64,000 nucleotides of DNA from Thalia democratica (lineage: Eukaryota), in assembly GCA_965202585.1 (NCBI GenBank), contig OZ241826.1, positions 46,004,001-46,068,000 of the forward strand. The letters are read 5' to 3'. The notes under the pieces were generated by a model. It saw only the letters and a list, made by a program, of their open reading frames with translations, searched no databases and was not told where the DNA came from. The stretch's first letter is position 1; each line of letters begins with the position of its first letter. The translations under genes and the position numbers were made by a program. This document shows, in pieces, positions 60,301-64,000 of the stretch.

Positions 60301-60576
60301 GCTAAAAAGTACAGTACACAACACAAATCATTTATTAGTCTGGCTTTTAAAAAATTGATAACTTAAATTCAGGATTTTTAGCACTTTATATGTGATGGTG
60401 CTGGATATAATAAACTAAGTTTGCTAGTTGCCTTGTTCTTAGAAGCTTGTATAATTATATACGACTATTGAAATAATAAAATAAAAAACTCTTATAAAAA
60501 AGTTTAGATGGTAACATCTCAATAAATAGTAAACATTTGGGAAAAAAATAAAAAGTGACCGTTTGTGTTTAAATCA

Positions 60577-60740
60577 GAGCTTCCAAGCAAGATATGGCTA
60601 TTTTTAACCCCTTATTAACCCCTCCCACAAGATATCTCAAAAGAATTCCCTTAAATACACCTAAGACCTTTTTTTTTTTCTGTTCTTCATCTTCAACTCA
60701 AGAATATCTAGTGTATATTTCCAACTATGGCCCCTTTTCT
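60577..60740 (+). repeat. Degenerate relative of the 10177-10375 MITE
   Basis: Shares TAAGACCTTTTTTT..TC..CATC.TCAACTC.AGAATATCTAGTGTA. Confidence 0.5.
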
Positions 60741-61249
60741 ACTCAGCCATCAGATTAAGACAAGTTCATTGCATTTAAAAAATGTGTTTTTTCAACATTT
60801 TTTGTTACAATTGTTTTCTTCTTAAAGCTAAACAGTTTTCATTTTTTTACTAGTTTTACTGCATAATTTCATTTTACAAGAATACTTGAATACGTAGCTT
60901 TTTAATTATAAAACGGTATTAGAAGTAAATTTTTAAATATAATAAGTTTTAGTGATACGTTAAATAGACGTTTAAAGCAGACTATTTTTTATGTTAGTAA
61001 ACTAAAAGTGAAAACAACTAAATACTAACATATAAAAGTAAAACTAAGTTTTCAGCCAATAATCTAAAGCTTTCATGGACTCCAGCAAACAGTAGAACAA
61101 TAATAACTTAATAAAAAGGTTCGTTACATTTTGTAATCCTTTAAAATCACAGAACTTCAAAACCACGGTATCTCTCTGTTGTAATTTATAACATTTACTG
61201 ATAATTGTATAGGATTGTTATCTGTGAAAAGTACAAACACTATTGTTCG

Positions 61250-63997
61250 GCGCACCACAACAAACACTGCGGGGGTAATTTACGATAATTTGTGGGTTGT
61301 ACGTTTGTTGTTTTGTTCTGTTTTCTTAGCTTAATTCGAAACTGGAGGTTATCTCTACAGTGGGTGAACTTGATAAGTTTACAGAAATTTTAATTTACTA
61401 CCATCACATTAAATGTTTACACTCATTTCTTTGTAAACTATTTTTATAACTTCGGCTAAATTTATTAGCGGTAAAACTAAATTAAATTTGTTGTTGCAAA
61501 TTATATAAGATCTTTGTTAACTTGTATAGTTTAGCTAATAAACACACTTAAAAAATCTCATAATTAACAAATATCAAACAAATGTAGTATTTTGTTATGT
61601 TTTTTTTTTGAGTTTGCATGCTTTCTAAAACTTTCTGACCAGTTCACTTGAACCACTTGCTGAATACTCAAGTGGTTTTGTAGTCTCTTAACTTTCACTA
61701 ACTATGTGTCACGATATTTCATTAGTATTTTGCAACTTTTTATTCTTTTGGCTATTATTTTGCTGAAGTTTCTTAAACATCAGTTTCATCAGCATCGAAC
61801 TTATATAAAAGCAACAAGTGTGTTTTTTACAAACATTTTAAACTCTTTGCCTTTTAGAAGTTAAACTTCAAAATTATATTTCAATAATAAAAATTTCAAT
61901 GCTATGAACTTTGCAGCTTATGGCCCCAAGGGGGCCATATTTCTTACTTTCGTAAACCCTGGTCTAAATTATAAGATAACAATAAAATATTTGAAAAAAA
62001 AAAAAATTTATAACTGCTAAAAATAGTCGTATTTTAACATGTTATTTTTACCATAAATCAAAAAAAAAATTCTGAAAAAAAGGTGTCTATGTAGGTTTTA
62101 GTAAATAGATAAGAGAATTATAAAACAATTTAAAAAACGTTTATTAAACGATAAAGTTCACAATAACTAACAATTATCAGAATTTGATTTGTCGGAATTT
62201 GATTAGTCGTGCACCCGATATTTTTCGCGAGCCGTACGTTACCACATCCCTATATTAAAGAAAAGTTTTTTGAAGTTAAATAATACTACAGGAATGTTAT
62301 AAGTAATTGTTTCTGGAACTGTTGTCTCATACTTTATTTGTTTGTTTTAATAGCTTTTTAGCATTTTAAAAAGACTGAGAACTATCTTGAATAACTTATA
62401 TAAAACTTTTGTGTTTTTAGATACCAGTTAAAACTAGATATTTTGTAAAATTAAGTAACTAAATTTTAGTTTAATACTTATAAATTTAGACCGTTTAGGG
62501 ACTGTTTTTGTAAAATTAACTTGTCAAAAAAGAGGTTTTATAAAACATTAAGTAATAGCATGTTCAAATTGTGAATATAAAAGCTGTTTAAGTATTAAAA
62601 GTAATACTATGAAACACAATAAATCCTCTATTTATGTTTTACAGGTTTTAGTGTTTTTGATCTAAATGTGTAGTCAAGTTCAAAACAGTTTGATTTATGC
62701 TAATTTGTAAAAATAAAACTAGCTTAACAATGTTAAAAAATTTTAATAATATTTAAACTAGTTTAGGTTTTCAACTAAAGTAAAGCTAATCCAGTTAAAA
62801 CTAGACAAATTCCGATTTAAATGTTATTATTACAAACGACGTACTTTAAGTCACGACGTTTTTACGCAAGTCAAATTTTACGTGACGATTGTATTTTTGT
62901 TACAATAAAAACATACGTAAAAAATGTCTTATGATGTGTCATCTCTTCTTAAAATAAATAAAGTATGATAATATCACGTAGGTAAGTAAAACATTCAAGT
63001 AGTTATGAAAACCCTAAAATGTCAAAAAAAACAACACAGCTGAATGTTAAAAAAATAAATCAAACTTTATGTTAACAATCATTCAACTTGATACGAAGTG
63101 TTATAAGACGCAATTTTAACTTAGTTTGTTACTTGGTATACATGATGAATAAGTACTTTTACCATTTGCGGTTATTTTAAATGTCAGAGTAAAAATTTTG
63201 TAGCATGTTATACTCAATACAATGAAAAATCGTTTGATTTGTGTCCTTTGTACAAAATTTGATTTTATAAAATTTAAAAATGTATAATTTTGTTCACAAA
63301 GCTGTAACTTAAAAAATTCATAACATTGAAATCTTTGTTATATAAATAAAACTTGTAAGTTTGACCTCTAAAAGACAAAAAGTTTTAAACTATTGTAAAA
63401 ATATACACTCATGGCTAAAATTTCATTGTCATTATAACAAATAAACACGAATTTAAAAAATAAATTGAGGATAATTAAAAATTACATTGTGTTTAAGAAA
63501 CTGAAAGCAAAACAATAGCCAAAAGAATAAAAAATTGCAAAATACTATTGCAACATAATGACATAGTTAGTGAAAGTTAAGAGACTATAAAAACACTTGA
63601 GTATTCAGCAAGTGGGTCAAGTGGACTGGTCAGAACGTTTTAGAAAGCATGCAAACTCAAAAAAAACATCAACTTTTTTTTAATGTTTATCAATTAAAAA
63701 ATTATGAAACATGTTTTTTATTTAATTATACAAGTTAACAAAGAGAAATATAATTTATAAAAACAAAATTAAATTAGTTTTACCGCTTATAAATTTTGCC
63801 GAAGTTATGAAAATAATTTACCAAAAAAATACTGTAAATGTATTATGTAATGGTAGTATATCAAAAAAAAAACAAGTTGACCCTTTGTAGATATAATCTC
63901 TATTTTTGAACTAAGCTTAGAAAACTGAAAAAACAACAAATGTATTTATTACCTACCGAAATAATAAATTACCCCCGCAGTGTTTGTTGTGGTGCAC
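61250..63997. mobile_element. Non-autonomous DNA element with very long (about 0.5 kb) TIRs; superfamily unassigned
   Basis: Arms about 61250-61790 and 63480-63997 are reverse complements; the terminal GCACCACAACAAACACTGCGGGGGTAATTTA is identical. The right TSD is cut off by the window edge. Confidence 0.8.
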
Positions 63998-64000
63998 ATA

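Noticed and set aside
1-64000. tRNA, rRNA or snRNA genes
   Set aside because: None recognised by eye; tRNAscan-SE or Infernal would be needed to exclude them.

Overview
Very AT-rich, intron-rich eukaryotic (most likely invertebrate animal) genomic DNA; the taxon cannot be fixed from the sequence. All gene models were built by hand with frame-checked GT-AG junctions. Genes: (1) plastin/fimbrin on the - strand, 11 exons, running off the left edge; (2) a divergent claudin/PMP22-type tetraspan gene (+); (3) a roughly 10-exon multi-pass membrane protein gene of unrecognised family (-); (4) a complete 14-exon TM9SF4 (+); (5) a hAT (Buster/Charlie-type) transposase-derived ORF (-) that lacks its catalytic residues and carries one in-frame TAG. 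Intergenic DNA is packed with non-autonomous DNA transposons (hAT, Tc1/mariner-like, Mutator/foldback-like, Kolobok-like, piggyBac-like), including a multi-level nested insertion with readable TSDs and several long hairpins. Most unusual signals: a 5' splice-site consensus of GTTWGT instead of GTRAGT; the single-stop transposase-derived gene; a 78-bp in-frame duplication of a splice acceptor in the orphan gene; and exon-by-exon GC3 ranging from about 20% to about 90% within single genes. No rRNA, tRNA or CRISPR array was recognised.
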